From: Octopus vulgaris
Lineage: Eukaryota
Direction of reading: 5' to 3'
NCBI GenBank assembly: GCA_951406725.2
Contig: OX597818.1
Location: forward strand, 44,392,001-44,456,000
DNA length: 64,000 bases
This document shows positions 40,882 to 53,905 of this stretch, one piece after another. The notes beneath the pieces were generated by a model, which had not been told where the DNA came from, did no database searches, and saw only the letters and a program-made list of their open reading frames with translations. A program made the position numbers and the translations under genes. Positions within the stretch are counted from its first letter, which is position 1. Each line of letters begins with the position of its first letter.

Positions 40882-42681
40882 CTGAAACATTCTGAAGAAC
40901 ACGCAATTAAATTTTAGGCAAGAATTATTTTGTTATTTGAAATTGATATATGTTTTAAGAAATATTTGGATTGTACTGAGTGTAAAATGTTTTGTGAAAA
41001 GTGTAACCAAAGAAAAGAAACAAGTAAAATCAAAAGAAAGATATTGGAATTGAAAAAAAAAAATTAAAAAAGGAGAAAATTCTAAAAATTTTTTTATAAT
41101 AAATGATATAAATTTCTTCATGAAAGGCAGAAAAAGCTTTTAAAAATATACAGTATTTGTTTTTTCATTTTCAGATAATATAAAAAGTACCTTCATTAAT
41201 ATGCTGTTGTATATTTAATAGGCAAACATATTTATTATCTACCAATTAAGATAATTCTGAGAAATAATAGCTATTATTAATTTAGACTGCTAGACAGTAT
41301 AAATTATTGAGGGTTGTGAGAACACATGTCTTAGTTTAGCAATCATTTGAGGTAATACTATAAGTATCTTACTTTGCCTCTGTTGCTGAAGAAAAAAAAA
41401 CAGACAAAAAAATTCTAAAATAAAAAGAACAAAAACAAATTTGTCTCCTGATTATTTTACTGATGATAATAGCAGATCTATTGGAGATCCAGGGAAAATT
41501 GCAGGATGTTATATTAAACACACATGACCCATACAGGATGCATCTTAATATATGTAATTTTTTATCCTCATAAATATTTTTATCACCACTTTGAGTTTTG
41601 CTTTATGAAGGATATATATATATATATATATATATATGCTTTATGAAGGATATATTTATATATATATATATATGTATGTATGTATATCTTTGTGTGTACT
41701 TAAATGATTTAAAACTGAATAGATGTTTGGAAAGCAGTGTTGATGCTTTCATTGATTAGACATTAGACTAATTGTCATAGTAATAAAAACATTTTTAATC
41801 CAACTAGTATGTATGTGTTTTAGGTCTTTTTCGAAACAGAATCTGTGAAAATATTTCTAGTTCTGTCTTATTTATCTCAAACTGATGTTTAGATGTTTAG
41901 ATAAAATAAAAGATTTTGTTTTATATTTTGATCAATATTATTGGAAACAGTAAACAGAGATGTCTTTGTGAGATAATTGTTGTTCTTTTTTAATAGATGT
42001 CTTCTGAAGTGATCTAAAGAATATCTATGAATAACAAAAAAAATCAAAAACAAAATATTCCAACAATAATAAATAAAGCATCATGATTGAAGTGTAGACC
42101 AGAAATATGGGAATAAGTAAACCATAAGATGGGAATAGAATATAAAAAATGAAGAAGACTAAAAAAATTTATAATTTTTCTTAACATCATGTACACAATT
42201 TCTGTGAGATCAGTCAAACTACAAACTATTTCCTTTTCTTTCTCTTTTTCTTTTTTTTATAAAAAACAAAAATGGTAAATAAATGAAATTAAAAAGGAAA
42301 AAAAAAACAAGAAAAATTCATTACAAAAGAGAAAGTGGTTGTGAATGAATTTCCTGCAATAAGAAAAGCATTATGTTTTTTTCACTGAAAATGGATTACA
42401 ATTGCAATTGTTGATGAAGGTGAATTCCATAAATTTGGTAACAAATAGAAATTAGGAAAATAAAGGCCTTAAAAAAAAAAAAGTAAATCAAATAAATAAA
42501 AGTGCAATGAAATTAAAATTACCATTAACTTCAAAACTGTAAATATCTGTAAATTTCTTTATATATTAACATATTTAAAATTATATTCATGATTTTTCAT
42601 TTTTTTTCATCACTTTGAATAAATATTGCTTCATAAAAATGTAAATATAATAAGATATATTTTCTTTAACAGTTACCACTT

Positions 42682-42736
<55 letters not shown>

Positions 42737-45700
42737 TACACACACACACACCTCAGTCAACAACAATAACTGATTGTTAGTTGGAGTCATTTTTTCTTTT
42801 TTTATTTTCTCCTTAGAAAATGCCTGAATGTTACAACTTTTCACTTACATTCTAAAACGACAGGCTTCAAGCCAACAAATTTGTTTGTAGTTAACGGCTT
42901 AGAGAAAGTTGGGTACTACTCGGTAAATTTGTCTTTACCATACTTCAGTTTTCAATGTATCCAGTGGTTAATAAGACATTGCATTATGAATATACAAAAT
43001 ACTCAGCATGCTAAAGTTATGAGAAGCTGTATTATAAAGACAGTGCTAAAAACATTGTATGATTGGATAAAACTGATGGCAGAAAGAAAAAAATGTTATG
43101 TTCCTGAACAGCACAACATTTTGAAGTAAGAGAAAAACCCCTTAGGACTTTAATGTGTGTCCACCGGGTAGAAATAATGTCTGCATTGTACCTGATTTCA
43201 ACACAAAAATTAAAGCAATTTAAAATATTGCCGGGTTAGTAGTGAGTTGCTGATATCTTTGATTTGAAAACTACAGTTACAAGAAGTACAATTATTTTCT
43301 GTAAGCATGAATATATAATATGCTGAGTAGAAACAAAGGGTTTATATATTGACATACATAAATTTATATTAGTGATTTTAAAAAGACAAAGACAAAATGA
43401 AATTTATGCCTGAACTGCAGTATATTATAAATACAGTTGAAATATCTACCTGTCTGTGGTCTTTATACAAAAAAAAAATAAGCAAATAGATATATTGTAA
43501 TAGGTTTTTTTTTTAAAGTTGTGCTTAATAAACCTGAGCAGTTTAGAAAATAAAAATAAAAAATTCTGAAAGGTTCATTATGAATAGTAAGATTTTATAT
43601 TGAAAAGAAAATCTTTTCATTTTGTTTACTTTGAAAGAACAATTGATACGATAGTGTAATAGCAAGATAATAGAGATTGGAGAAAATGATGCAAAAAGGA
43701 AATGTGCACCGAAGAAAGTACCTACACTGTTATATCTTTTATAGATTTCAGATATCTCTCCCACTCCCCACTTTCATCTCTCTCTCTATCCATTTTTCAT
43801 TGTTTTCACTAATTCAATAAAGACATTTTATTCATCTTAAATATATCAATGTTATTCCAAGAGGCATCTTGGGAAAACAACAATAAAGAAACTATTGGGA
43901 TAATGGCAGTGATTGAATATCTTAAATGACGTCTTTGGATATTCTACATAAAACCAAACTACAGGGTATAAAGCAATTTGTGATTAGATATAGAAAACTA
44001 AATAGAAGAGTATTTGGTTTAGCTGTCACCATATGATGATACTTTACACAGATGATACTTTAAGAATAAAATTTCCAATGAGGGTTTAAAATATTTAAGT
44101 TGTAATATTAGTCACCTCTGGTAGCAGCTGAAGAATGTTAAACTCATCTGAATAACGTATGTAACTCAATATAATTTTATGTAGGCAATAATAATTAACT
44201 ACTGTTTGTTATCAGACAAGTACAAAACAGAAATGAATATAAAAATATCAGTATGAAACATTGAGAACTACTTGACTGAGAACTAAACAAGTTTCATTAG
44301 CCTCACAGTGTCATTAGTATTATACCTGAAGTGAAGACAATTTTTGAACCTTAAGGTATAAATTCCAGTGGAATATTTTATTTGAAACCTCTTTCTAAAC
44401 ATAAAGCAAAAATAAAACTGAATTCCTCTGCGCAGTGAATGAACAACCAACAAGACAAACAATAAATGTTTATGTAAGGTTATATAAGATCAAAATAGTG
44501 TGTAAAAACAATGCAATACTATTACATTGCATAGATATAAACAAAGGAAGAGAGAGACACGCATGACTGAAATACTGGAGAAATTAAAGGATTGTCTTTA
44601 TAACATACCATGTATATGTAAAAGGATTTACACACAAGAAAGATATATTTAAGAGACATTGAATTACTCGGATTATATAAGAAATAATGAAGAGTAATTG
44701 CAAAAACATGTGGTACAAATCTGAAAAATAATATGTTCCTATGAGATAATATTGATGTTTTCTAATGTAAAAAAGTAGAAGCTATAATGGTTCTAGGAAA
44801 CCATGGTAATTGAGAAGCAAATTAGCAAGGCTATCACAGACTTAATATCATCATTTTTATTGAAATTAACTTAAGCAACATTGAAATTAATATATCAGAA
44901 TAATGGCCTTTAACACTGTAGGGACAATATTTCCAATGAAATACACTAATTAAATGTTTCATTTAATACTGAAAATAATCAACAACATTGAGGGATTTAA
45001 TAAAATAATTAACCTTCCATTATTAAGGTGGTGTTTAGAACCTAACTTAAAGCTAGGATTAGGTTAATCTAACATACTAGCAAGTTCTTACATAAAATTA
45101 TGATGGACTGCTTTGATTTAAATATAGACCCTTTAAGAAGAGACATTTTAGATTATTGGTCTAGTATCAGTTTCAGTAGAATGGTATCTGTGAATCTAAT
45201 CTAAGTTAAAGAATACAGACATATATGCGTATATAATGGACCAAGCAGGACAAAAGGACATGGAGAGTCACTGAAGAGGACACAGAAAGTATGACGAAAG
45301 ATTTCAGACAAAGGACATTAAAATAAGAACAATAATAACTCTGAAGTAAAGAATGAGTATATAGTGTGCGTGGTTATTTAGCAAAAATAAAAAAGAAAAA
45401 AATGACCAGCCCAGAATATAACAATAACTGTTTCAACATATTTCAAACTGGAATCTTACACACACATATATCATTGGCAGTATATTACTGGTTGTGGCAT
45501 ATAAATATAACTAGTAAAACCGTTACCATTGGTTTTATGCTAGTTATTGCATTTGGTAGTATTGGCAACTCTTGTGTATGCTTGTTTTCTGACTTTGGAT
45601 AACTAGCTCAATATATATATCAATTACATATAAGATTTTATCAAGTAGCCACTGTGTAAAACCAGTTAAGGTAAAAAATTAACACTAAGTATATAATTTA

Positions 45701-45820
45701 AAAAAAAATACATTATTACATTACTATAAGTAAAGCCACATGCTAGAAAGGGAATTTTTGATAAAGTAGTTTGACTTTAGCATTCCATTCCAGCATGCAA
45801 CTTTACAGCATGTAATTATG

Positions 45821-45851
<31 letters not shown>

Positions 45852-46034
45852 CGATAAATAAATTGTTAACAATTAAAGCGGAAAAAAGATTACATTGTTT
45901 TACACCATTTATTCCTTTGGAATAATATCAGTGAAATCTTCTAAACATGTGTCGGAAGTAAAAGTATTTGAATTATACCTGTATTAAACTCCATTTATAT
46001 ATATATATATATATATATATATGCAACATCTATG

Positions 46035-46069
<35 letters not shown>

Positions 46070-46298
46070 GAGAAGGGTGAGAGGTGAGCAATTACTGTGC
46101 TGGTTATGAATTACAGTTAGGTTGAATAATGAAGGCATGAATTTAATTTTAAGCATAGTTAAAAACAGAAAAATGGCATGTAAAAAGGAACAAAAGAAAT
46201 GGCTAAATCTCTGTACCATGAAAATTGTAAGAGTTCATATTCTATTTATAGCATAGCTGATGCATTTTCTTTAGAAAAAGAATAATATAGGACATTAC

Positions 46299-46463
46299 CT
46301 GATGAAGACGGACTGGAGTTTTTAGAGGTATTACCACATGCAGTATCCCCTTGGCTGTGTCGAGCATGGTGACCACTGCAGTGAGTGTGGGTACAGGATC
46401 TATTAGTTTTTGGTAAATCGGCAGCACATTTCAGCAAACTGTAGACAGGGTCAATCTCTTGAC
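46299..46463 (-). CDS. Candidate internal coding exon (165 nt, phase 1-1) of an unidentified host gene
   Basis: Minus strand reads atttctctttacag|GTCAAG...TCATCAG|gtaatg. Open frame (G)QEIDPVYSLLKCAADLPKTNRSCTHTHCSGHHARHSQGDTACGNTSKNSSPSSS. GC is higher than the flanks, the sequence is non-repetitive and the length is divisible by 3. Confidence 0.55.
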
Positions 46464-46534
46464 CTGTAAAGAGAAATCATGGAATCAATTGTAGAAATGT
46501 GGAGAAGAGATGTAAATATTTATGAAACAGATGA

Positions 46535-47225
46535 AGGTGGCAAGCTGGCAGAATTGTAAGCACACTGGGCAAAATGCTTAGCAGCGGTTAATTTGTCTCT
46601 ATGATCTGAGTTCAAATTCTGCCAAGGTTGACTTTGCCTTTTATCGTTTTGGAGTGTGGCACTAAAATAAGTACTAGTTGAACATTGGGGTTGATGTAAT
46701 TGACTTGCCCTCTCCTCTGAAATTGCTGGCCTTGTACCAAAATTTGAAATCAATATTTATGAAACACCCTTTCATTACTGTACTTATTTTGAGATGTTAT
46801 GTGTTTCTTTCAATTACTTTAAATATAACAAAGAATTTAGTAAAATAACTTAGTTATCATATAGCTAGTTTTAGGAACATAAATTGTGACTAAGGTTTGG
46901 TGGAAGATTTTAATTCAGAACTTATGAAAACAAGACATTTGTACTCAGAGCTAGAGCTGGTTTCAGCCAGGCTGGTAATGAAAAGGTTAAGGTGGTGAGC
47001 AGGTAAAATTGTCAGCATGCTGGGCAAAATGCTAAGCAGCATTTGTCTGTTTCATTGATCCGAGCTCAAATTCTGTCAAGGTCGACTTAGCCTTTCATCC
47101 TTTCAGTGGAGTGTGGGAAGTCAATACAATAAGTACCAGTTGGACACTGGGGATCAATGCAATCAACTTATCCCCTGTTCCAAAATTGTTGGCCTTGTGC
47201 CAAAATTTGAAATCAATATTTACAA
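46535..47225 (+). mobile_element. Two family-B variant SINEs (46535-46760 and 46990-47225) flanking a MITE
   Basis: Both end ccttgt(a/g)ccaaaatttgaaatcaatattta. Confidence 0.8.
46767..46986. mobile_element. piggyBac-like MITE, family 1 (opposite orientation)
   Basis: Reverse-complement match to 8524-8738; ends GG|TTAA. Confidence 0.75.
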
Positions 47226-48289
47226 AACAGATTAGAAATATTATATTTTTCTGAAAATCAGAATATTGCATGTGTAGAGAAAGAAAATCAGCATTGATTT
47301 TTATGTTTCAGAAATATCATGAAAGTTAGACAGCTCTGCAAATTTAGAACATGTGAATGAATTTCTTAATGAATAGTCTCTTTAAGTTCTCGTTGATCAT
47401 TGACTCAAGAGATGAAAATTCACAACAGAAAGAAATAAACCAAGAATGTTGTACACCATTAAACTACCAGCAAAAATAGCATGCATACTAAGTTATCTCT
47501 ATGTGTTAGCTTGGATTTTACACTTCACTTGAAAATGTGCATATTTAAGCTGGCATAATTATTTCTTCTTTCGTATTTTGACGTGGATTGTAAAGAAAGC
47601 ATATGGCATGCTGCTTGTTTTGAACAGCCTAAACAACTCTGCTCCAGTTAATCTAGAGAACAGAGTAAACTGATTCAACACACAAGTCACACTAGATGGC
47701 TAATAAAATGTAAGCATCATTTATAGGGTGCTTCTAGCATGTGTTTGCCACTACAACCTTGACTTGTCAAACATGCTGTGAGTGGAATTAGATAAATGAG
47801 AACTGTACAGAAACACCCCCCATCATTTTCACCATCATTTTAAGACCCACCTTTCCTCGTTTGCATGGGTTGACTGGAGTTTATTGAGGCTGGATGTCCT
47901 TCCTGATGCCAACTTTTATCTCTTTCCAAGCAAGGTGATATTTCTCCATGGCCAAACAAGTTTTCACAGAATATTGGAAAGGAATGACATTCATTTACAA
48001 CAATTACACAATATCAAGGCAAAGAGGCACAAACATACACACACACACACATGTATCACACACACACATACATTTCCATGTACCAAATTCTCTGACAATG
48101 CTTTAGTTGGCCCAGGGCTACAATATAAGATATTTGCTCAGACCCAGTCAATTCAAAATGATTAATTTATTTCACTGTACTAAATGTATAAAATCTCACC
48201 ATTACCAAATGTTTTTTTTTTTATGAATTGATCAACTATACCAATTAATTTTCTCCCCTCCAGCATTCACTGCTAATTTTTTTCCTCTT

Positions 48290-48505
48290 TGATTTGTTTC
48301 AGTCATTTGACTGTGGCCATGCTGGAGCACTGCCTTTAGTCGAGCAAATCGACCCCAGGACTTATTCTTTGTAAGCCTAGTACTTATTCTATCGGTCTCT
48401 CTTGCCGAACCGCTAAGTGACAGGGACGTAAACACACCAGCATCGGTTGTCAAGCGATGTTGGGGGGACAAACACAGACACACAAACATATGCACACACA
48501 CATAC

Positions 48506-48536
<31 letters not shown>

Positions 48537-48712
48537 CATACATATATACAATGGGCTTCTTTCAGTTTCTGTCTACCAAATCCACTCACAAGACTTTGGT
48601 CGGCCTGAGGCTATAGAAGAAGACACTTGCCCAAGGTGCCACACAGTGGGATTGAACCCAGAACCATGTGGTTGGTAAGCAAGCTACTTACCACACAGCC
48701 ACTCCTACGCCT
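48290..48712 (-). mobile_element. SINE family A
   Basis: Reverse-complement match to family A. Confidence 0.88.
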
Positions 48713-48859
48713 AGCTGTTCGCTGATGGCACAACAAAAACATAAGCAAAAAATTAAGATTCACTGGAAGAAACAATACAAAAAACATAAACAAATTCAGA
48801 TAAGTAAATATTTTCCTAATCAAAAAATTTGCTTAATACTGAGATATAACATTAGTGAA

Positions 48860-49277
48860 ATCGAAATCGAAATCAAATTCGATGACTAGCATCCGTGCTA
48901 GTGGAGCGCTAAGAGTACCATATGGGAGGGATCGTTGCCAGAGCAACAAGCTGGCCTCTGTGCTGGTGGCATGTTAAAAACACCATTCGAGCATGATCAT
49001 TACCTGCATTGCCTTACTAGAACTTGTGCTGGTGGCACGAAACAAAAAACATTTGAGTGAGGTCGTTGCCAGTGGCGCTGGACTGGCTCCTGTGCAGGTG
49101 GCACATAAAAAGCACCCACTACACTCTTGAAGTGATTGGTGTTAGGAAGGGCATCCAGCTGTAGAAACTCTGCCAGACCAGATTGGAGTCTGATGCAGCC
49201 ATCTGGTTCACCAGTCCTCAGTCAAATCGTCCAACCCATGCTAGCATGGAAAGCAGATGTTAAATGATGATGATGAT
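48860..49277 (+). mobile_element. Retroposon family C (long copy)
   Basis: Three internal ggtggcac-type sub-repeats plus the family C tail. Confidence 0.85.
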
Positions 49278-49544
49278 AAATTTTACTACCTTAAGGCAGA
49301 TGAAAAATTGAACTCAGTAACATAATTATTAACCCACATCTATTAATATATCACACGCCAAAGGTATTTACTATGATAATCAAATCATATCATTTGTTAC
49401 ACCTTACAATCTATTTTAAGGCCACCCTTCTTGCATTTAGTTATTGCCAGATGTTAGGTAATGCTTTCACTCTTATCCGAAAATTGTCTGTAGGTGGAAA
49501 TATTTATATTCAATTAACACTGAAGAGATTATTGGATTATAATT

Positions 49545-49554
49545 ATCATCATCA

Positions 49555-49612
<58 letters not shown>
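49545..49612. repeat. (CAT)n(TAT)n microsatellite
   Basis: Seen directly. Confidence 0.95.
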
Positions 49613-49613
<1 letters not shown>

Positions 49614-49622
49614 GTAGTTATT

Positions 49623-50600
49623 AAGGTGGGTGAGCTGGCAAAATCATTAGCATGCTGGGCAAAAGGCTTAGCAGTACTATGCACGTCTTTATGTTCTGAA
49701 TTCAAATTCTGCTGAGGTCAACTTTGCCTTTCATCCATTTGGGGTTGATAAATTAAGTACCAGTGAAACACTGGGGTTGATGTAATTGACTAGTCCCCTT
49801 CCCCCGAATTTCAAGCATTGTACCTTTTGTAGAATGGATTATTATTATTATTATTATTAAAGTGGTGAGTGGGCAGAATTATTAGCACACAAAACAAAAT
49901 GCTAAGTGGATTTGTTTTAGTTCTTTATGATTTGAGTTCAATCCTCATTGAAGTCAACTTTGTCTTTCAATCTTCTAGAGGCAATATAATAAAGAATCAA
50001 ACAACTACTGGGTTGTAATTGACTAAACCCCTTTCTCTTAAAAGATTCTTGGCCTTCTGCCAAAATTTGAAAGAATTATCGTTAGGTGGCAAGCTGGCGG
50101 AATCATTAGCATGTCGGACAGAATGCTTAGTGGCATTTCTTTTGCTTTTTAGCATTCTGAGTTCACTTTCCTCCAAAGTTGACTTTGCTTTTCATCCTGT
50201 TGGGGTTTATAAGATAAGTACCAGTTAAGTACTGGGATTAATGTAATTAACTTAGCCCCCCCACACACTGAATTTGCTGATCTTGCACCAAAAGTGGAAA
50301 CTATTATTATTATTATTATTATGATAAGGTAGTGGAATGGAAGAATCAGTTAATTATGAGACAAATGCCTCTCGTATTCAGTTGTATACCTCTACATTCT
50401 AAGTTCAAATCCTCTTGGATAGTGATAAAATAAGTAGCAATCAAGTGTTCAGGTTTGATTTAATCATTTGAGCTCCTCTCTCAAAATGTGTGTTTTGTTT
50501 CTGAGCTGGGAATTGTTATTACAAAATGCTTGCAACATTTCTTTTAGCTCTTTTCCTTCTGTGTTCAAATCCTGCCAAAATCAACTTTACCTTTGTCCAG
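49623..50600 (+). mobile_element. Head-to-tail array of 4-5 family-B variant SINEs separated by (ATT)n
   Basis: Units start at about 49623, 49860, 50083, 50326 and 50530. Confidence 0.78.
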
Positions 50601-51479
50601 AGTCCTACAGTGACTCCACTAGATCATCGATGGTCATGTTTATGCGTTACCTCAGTACTCACCATTAGTACATACTATGTTGGCAAATGATCTGTGAGGA
50701 GGTCAACATACATCAAAATGACCCTGGCTTTGACACTTGTGAATTAACTTCCCATATTTGAGATACCAGCCTATGGGAAAGAGAATGGAGTATTAGCTCC
50801 GTTTTTTTTTTCATCCCCAGGTAAGGAATGCAATTCTGTGTACTGCTAGAATAAATATTGTGCCACACATCAACCTGGCCTTCTTCTAACTTCTCCTTTG
50901 AGGGCATATGAAAACCCTCTGCATATTTTGAAATCTAGACATATGTCACTTTCCTCAATCAGACAAGGAAGCTCAGTCTTTTGTAACATACCTCTTACAC
51001 AATTTTTTCATTTTCCTACAGCTGACCCAAGTCTAATATCTCTCTCTCTCTGGCTTATAATGCAAGCAAAGCTGTTGTTGTTTCTGCTATTATTGTTATC
51101 AGCAGTCATTTTTCATTTCATTTGTTGATTATTTGGTTGTCAAAATTTTTTCTATCTGTTTTTGTTTCCAAAATCTTTATGATTTTTGAAGTGTGTTTAT
51201 TGCAATCACATTTGTAGCTAACACCTCTTCCCATTTTCCCATGAAATAAACCATATTAAATCATGAACTACGTACAAAAATGTAAAATGTTTAAGGGTAA
51301 CCCTTATTTTGTTTGAATGTTCAAATGTCTCCTTGTCCTTTGTTGGCAAAATGTGACAAAAACAAAAACATCAACTTCCCTTTCATAAGATTAAGTTAAA
51401 TCCTAAACCCAATACTTTCGCCAAGCTGTGTTACACATGTCTGTTCACCCCAAGCATCATCATCAACAACAGTAACTGT

Positions 51480-51900
51480 AAGGTAAGCTGGCAGAATTGT
51501 TTTGTAGCATTTCTTCTGGTTTTATATCCTTAGCCCAAATGCAACAAAGTTTGACTTTGTCTTGCATCCTTTCAGGGTCGATAAAATAAGTACCAGTGAA
51601 ATACTGGGGGCCAATGTAATTGACTAAACTCCGATCTACAAAATTTCAGGTTTTGTTTCTATTGTAGAAAGAATTATTATTATCATTATTAAAAGATGGT
51701 AGAATGACAAGATTGTAGAATATTGGAAAAATGCCTAAAGGTATTTAGTTACATCCCTTTACAATCTTATAGTAAATCCAGCTGGGGATGACTTAACCTT
51801 CAATAAACTAAGTACCAGCAAACTACTGGGGGTTAATTCAGTTTACTATATCCCCTTTTTTACAAAATGTATCACCTTATGCTAAAGTCAGAAAATATTA
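51480..51900 (+). mobile_element. Two more tandem decayed family-B variant SINEs
   Basis: Units at about 51480 and 51692, joined by (ATT)n. Confidence 0.65.
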
Positions 51901-52609
51901 TTTTTGTTGTTTATTGATGTTTGTAAAGCAATATACAAACAAATTAAAACCACCACCACCACCACCACCACCATCCCAAACCCAAACCACCACCACCAGT
52001 AGTAGTAGTAGTGGTGGTGGTGGTGGTGGTGGTGGTAGCAGTGGATGTTGAGATGCTGATGCTCATATTTAGCTAAAGAAAAATCACTGTTCTAAAGCTG
52101 AACAACAATAAAAATAAGGATGATGACGACATTGGAACCAGGCCAAAATGTTTGTTTGTCATTTAATATGAGAGTAAATAGGGAGTCTGAAGCAAGGTAT
52201 ATTTGTTTGCATGCCAAGAAGTTTTTATAAACATGTTGCAGGAAACATTGTTACATCAATAGACTAATGATGGTTCTAAATCTACTTATGAACCCCAAAT
52301 ATTCTATTTCAGTATTTTAAACCACGTCATTCTGCTAAAGGCCATGGAAGTAGAAAGTAAGAAGTTGGTAGTAAGTTTAAGCTGTAATTTCTCTCGATAT
52401 TTCATATATTAAGTATCTTAGTTTTGTGTCATTTGAAAGCAAGCAAGATAATTTGAAACATCAAATTATGTTTGTTATTCAGATGTTCAAAGATCATATT
52501 CCAACCATTACATCTGTATATGCATAGTTTAGAAAAGTGTGCTATCAGGTTGACAATAAAAAAAACTGTAGTTTTGAAGTAAATATTATCTGACCTTCAG
52601 GAAATTAGA

Positions 52610-53905
52610 TGTAGATGAACAGCTTGTGAGGACTGTACAAGCTATGTACAAATATTCAAAAACAATTTCAGTGACGAATTTAGTGTGAGGATAGAATTGA
52701 GAGGTGTTAAGGTAAACAAGGCAAAAACAAATGTTTTATTGAGTAGGAAAGAAGATAGGACTCTGGTACATACAGGGAAATGGCCTTGCTCAATAGGCAG
52801 AAAAGGAGCAAGTATATACTCAATATGTTATGCTACACAAGAAGTGTAGTGGAATCACAAACAGAGCATATATCACTTAAACTTCATATGTAATAGATGA
52901 ACTAGAGCCCTATGTACTATGCTGAGACCCCATTCAGTCATGACTGACCATGGGATTGCACCTAGAAAGTTACCCTCCAAGGCAGAAGTCCAGGCAAGGA
53001 TGTTTATGGAAGACCAGCAGTCACCCATGCATAACGGCCTCCCCTCCCCATGCTACCAATGTTAGCCAAGGGAAAGGCAAAGGCCGATACAGCTTGGCAC
53101 CTGTGACATCGCAACTCATTTCTACAGTTGAGTGAACTGGAGCAATGTGAAATAAAGTGTCTTGCTCAAGAACACAACACACAGCCTGGCCTGAGATTCG
53201 AACTCACAACCTCACGATCATAAGCTCGACACTCTAACCACTGAACCATGCACCTTCACTATATGTACTATAAGCACACCAAATATAGCTGTTTTTAAAT
53301 GTCTGGATGGTTCACTGAAAGTAGTTATTAGCTTTTGTGATCAAGGAGATGTAATTAGCAGGGGAGATGGTGGTACTGAAACTATTGTAGCCAGAGTAAG
53401 AAGGGACTGGAGAAAATTCAGGGGGAAACTATTTCTGGCAACAAAGGTCTTTACTCTTAGAGTGAAGGACAGATTATACAAGGCTGGTGTTAGAACTGCA
53501 ATGTTGTATGGTAGTGATACATGGGCCTTGAATGCAGGAGTCTTGAGAAGACTGGAATGAAATGAAGTAAGCATGCTCCATTGGATGTGCATGCAATATA
53601 GGTGTGCATGAACACCATATAACAAATGTACTGAGAGGAAAACTGGGTATAAGAGGAATCAGATGTTGTGCCCAAGAGAGAAGATTGTGCTGGTATGGAC
53701 ATGTACTGCATAGGTGGAGAGCAATTTAAAGAAGTGCTGTTCAATTAATGTGGATAGAGCTTGTGAAAGAGGGTAACTCAAGAAGACAAGGGATGAAGCG
53801 TGGAAGGCTGATCTCTGTACCTTGAACCTTGTGGAGAAGACAAAGGACCAGGATGACTGTTGATATGTAGTTTGTGAGAAGACCCACCCAACAGCAAAAC
53901 TGAGT
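52610..53905 (+). mobile_element. Decayed 3' fragment of an RTE-clade LINE, interrupted by a SINE
   Basis: Remnants VNKAKT, GKWPCS, RLYKAGVRTAMLYGSDTWAL and ERRLCWYGHV are typical of the RTE ORF C-terminus. Confidence 0.8.
52924..53259 (-). mobile_element. SINE family F inserted into the RTE fragment
   Basis: TSD-like tatgtactat at 52911-52920 and 53262-53271. Confidence 0.85.

Noticed and set aside
49623-50600. Repeat-spacer-like periodicity (CRISPR-like)
   Set aside because: The units are ~230-bp diverged SINEs in eukaryotic DNA, with no cas genes.
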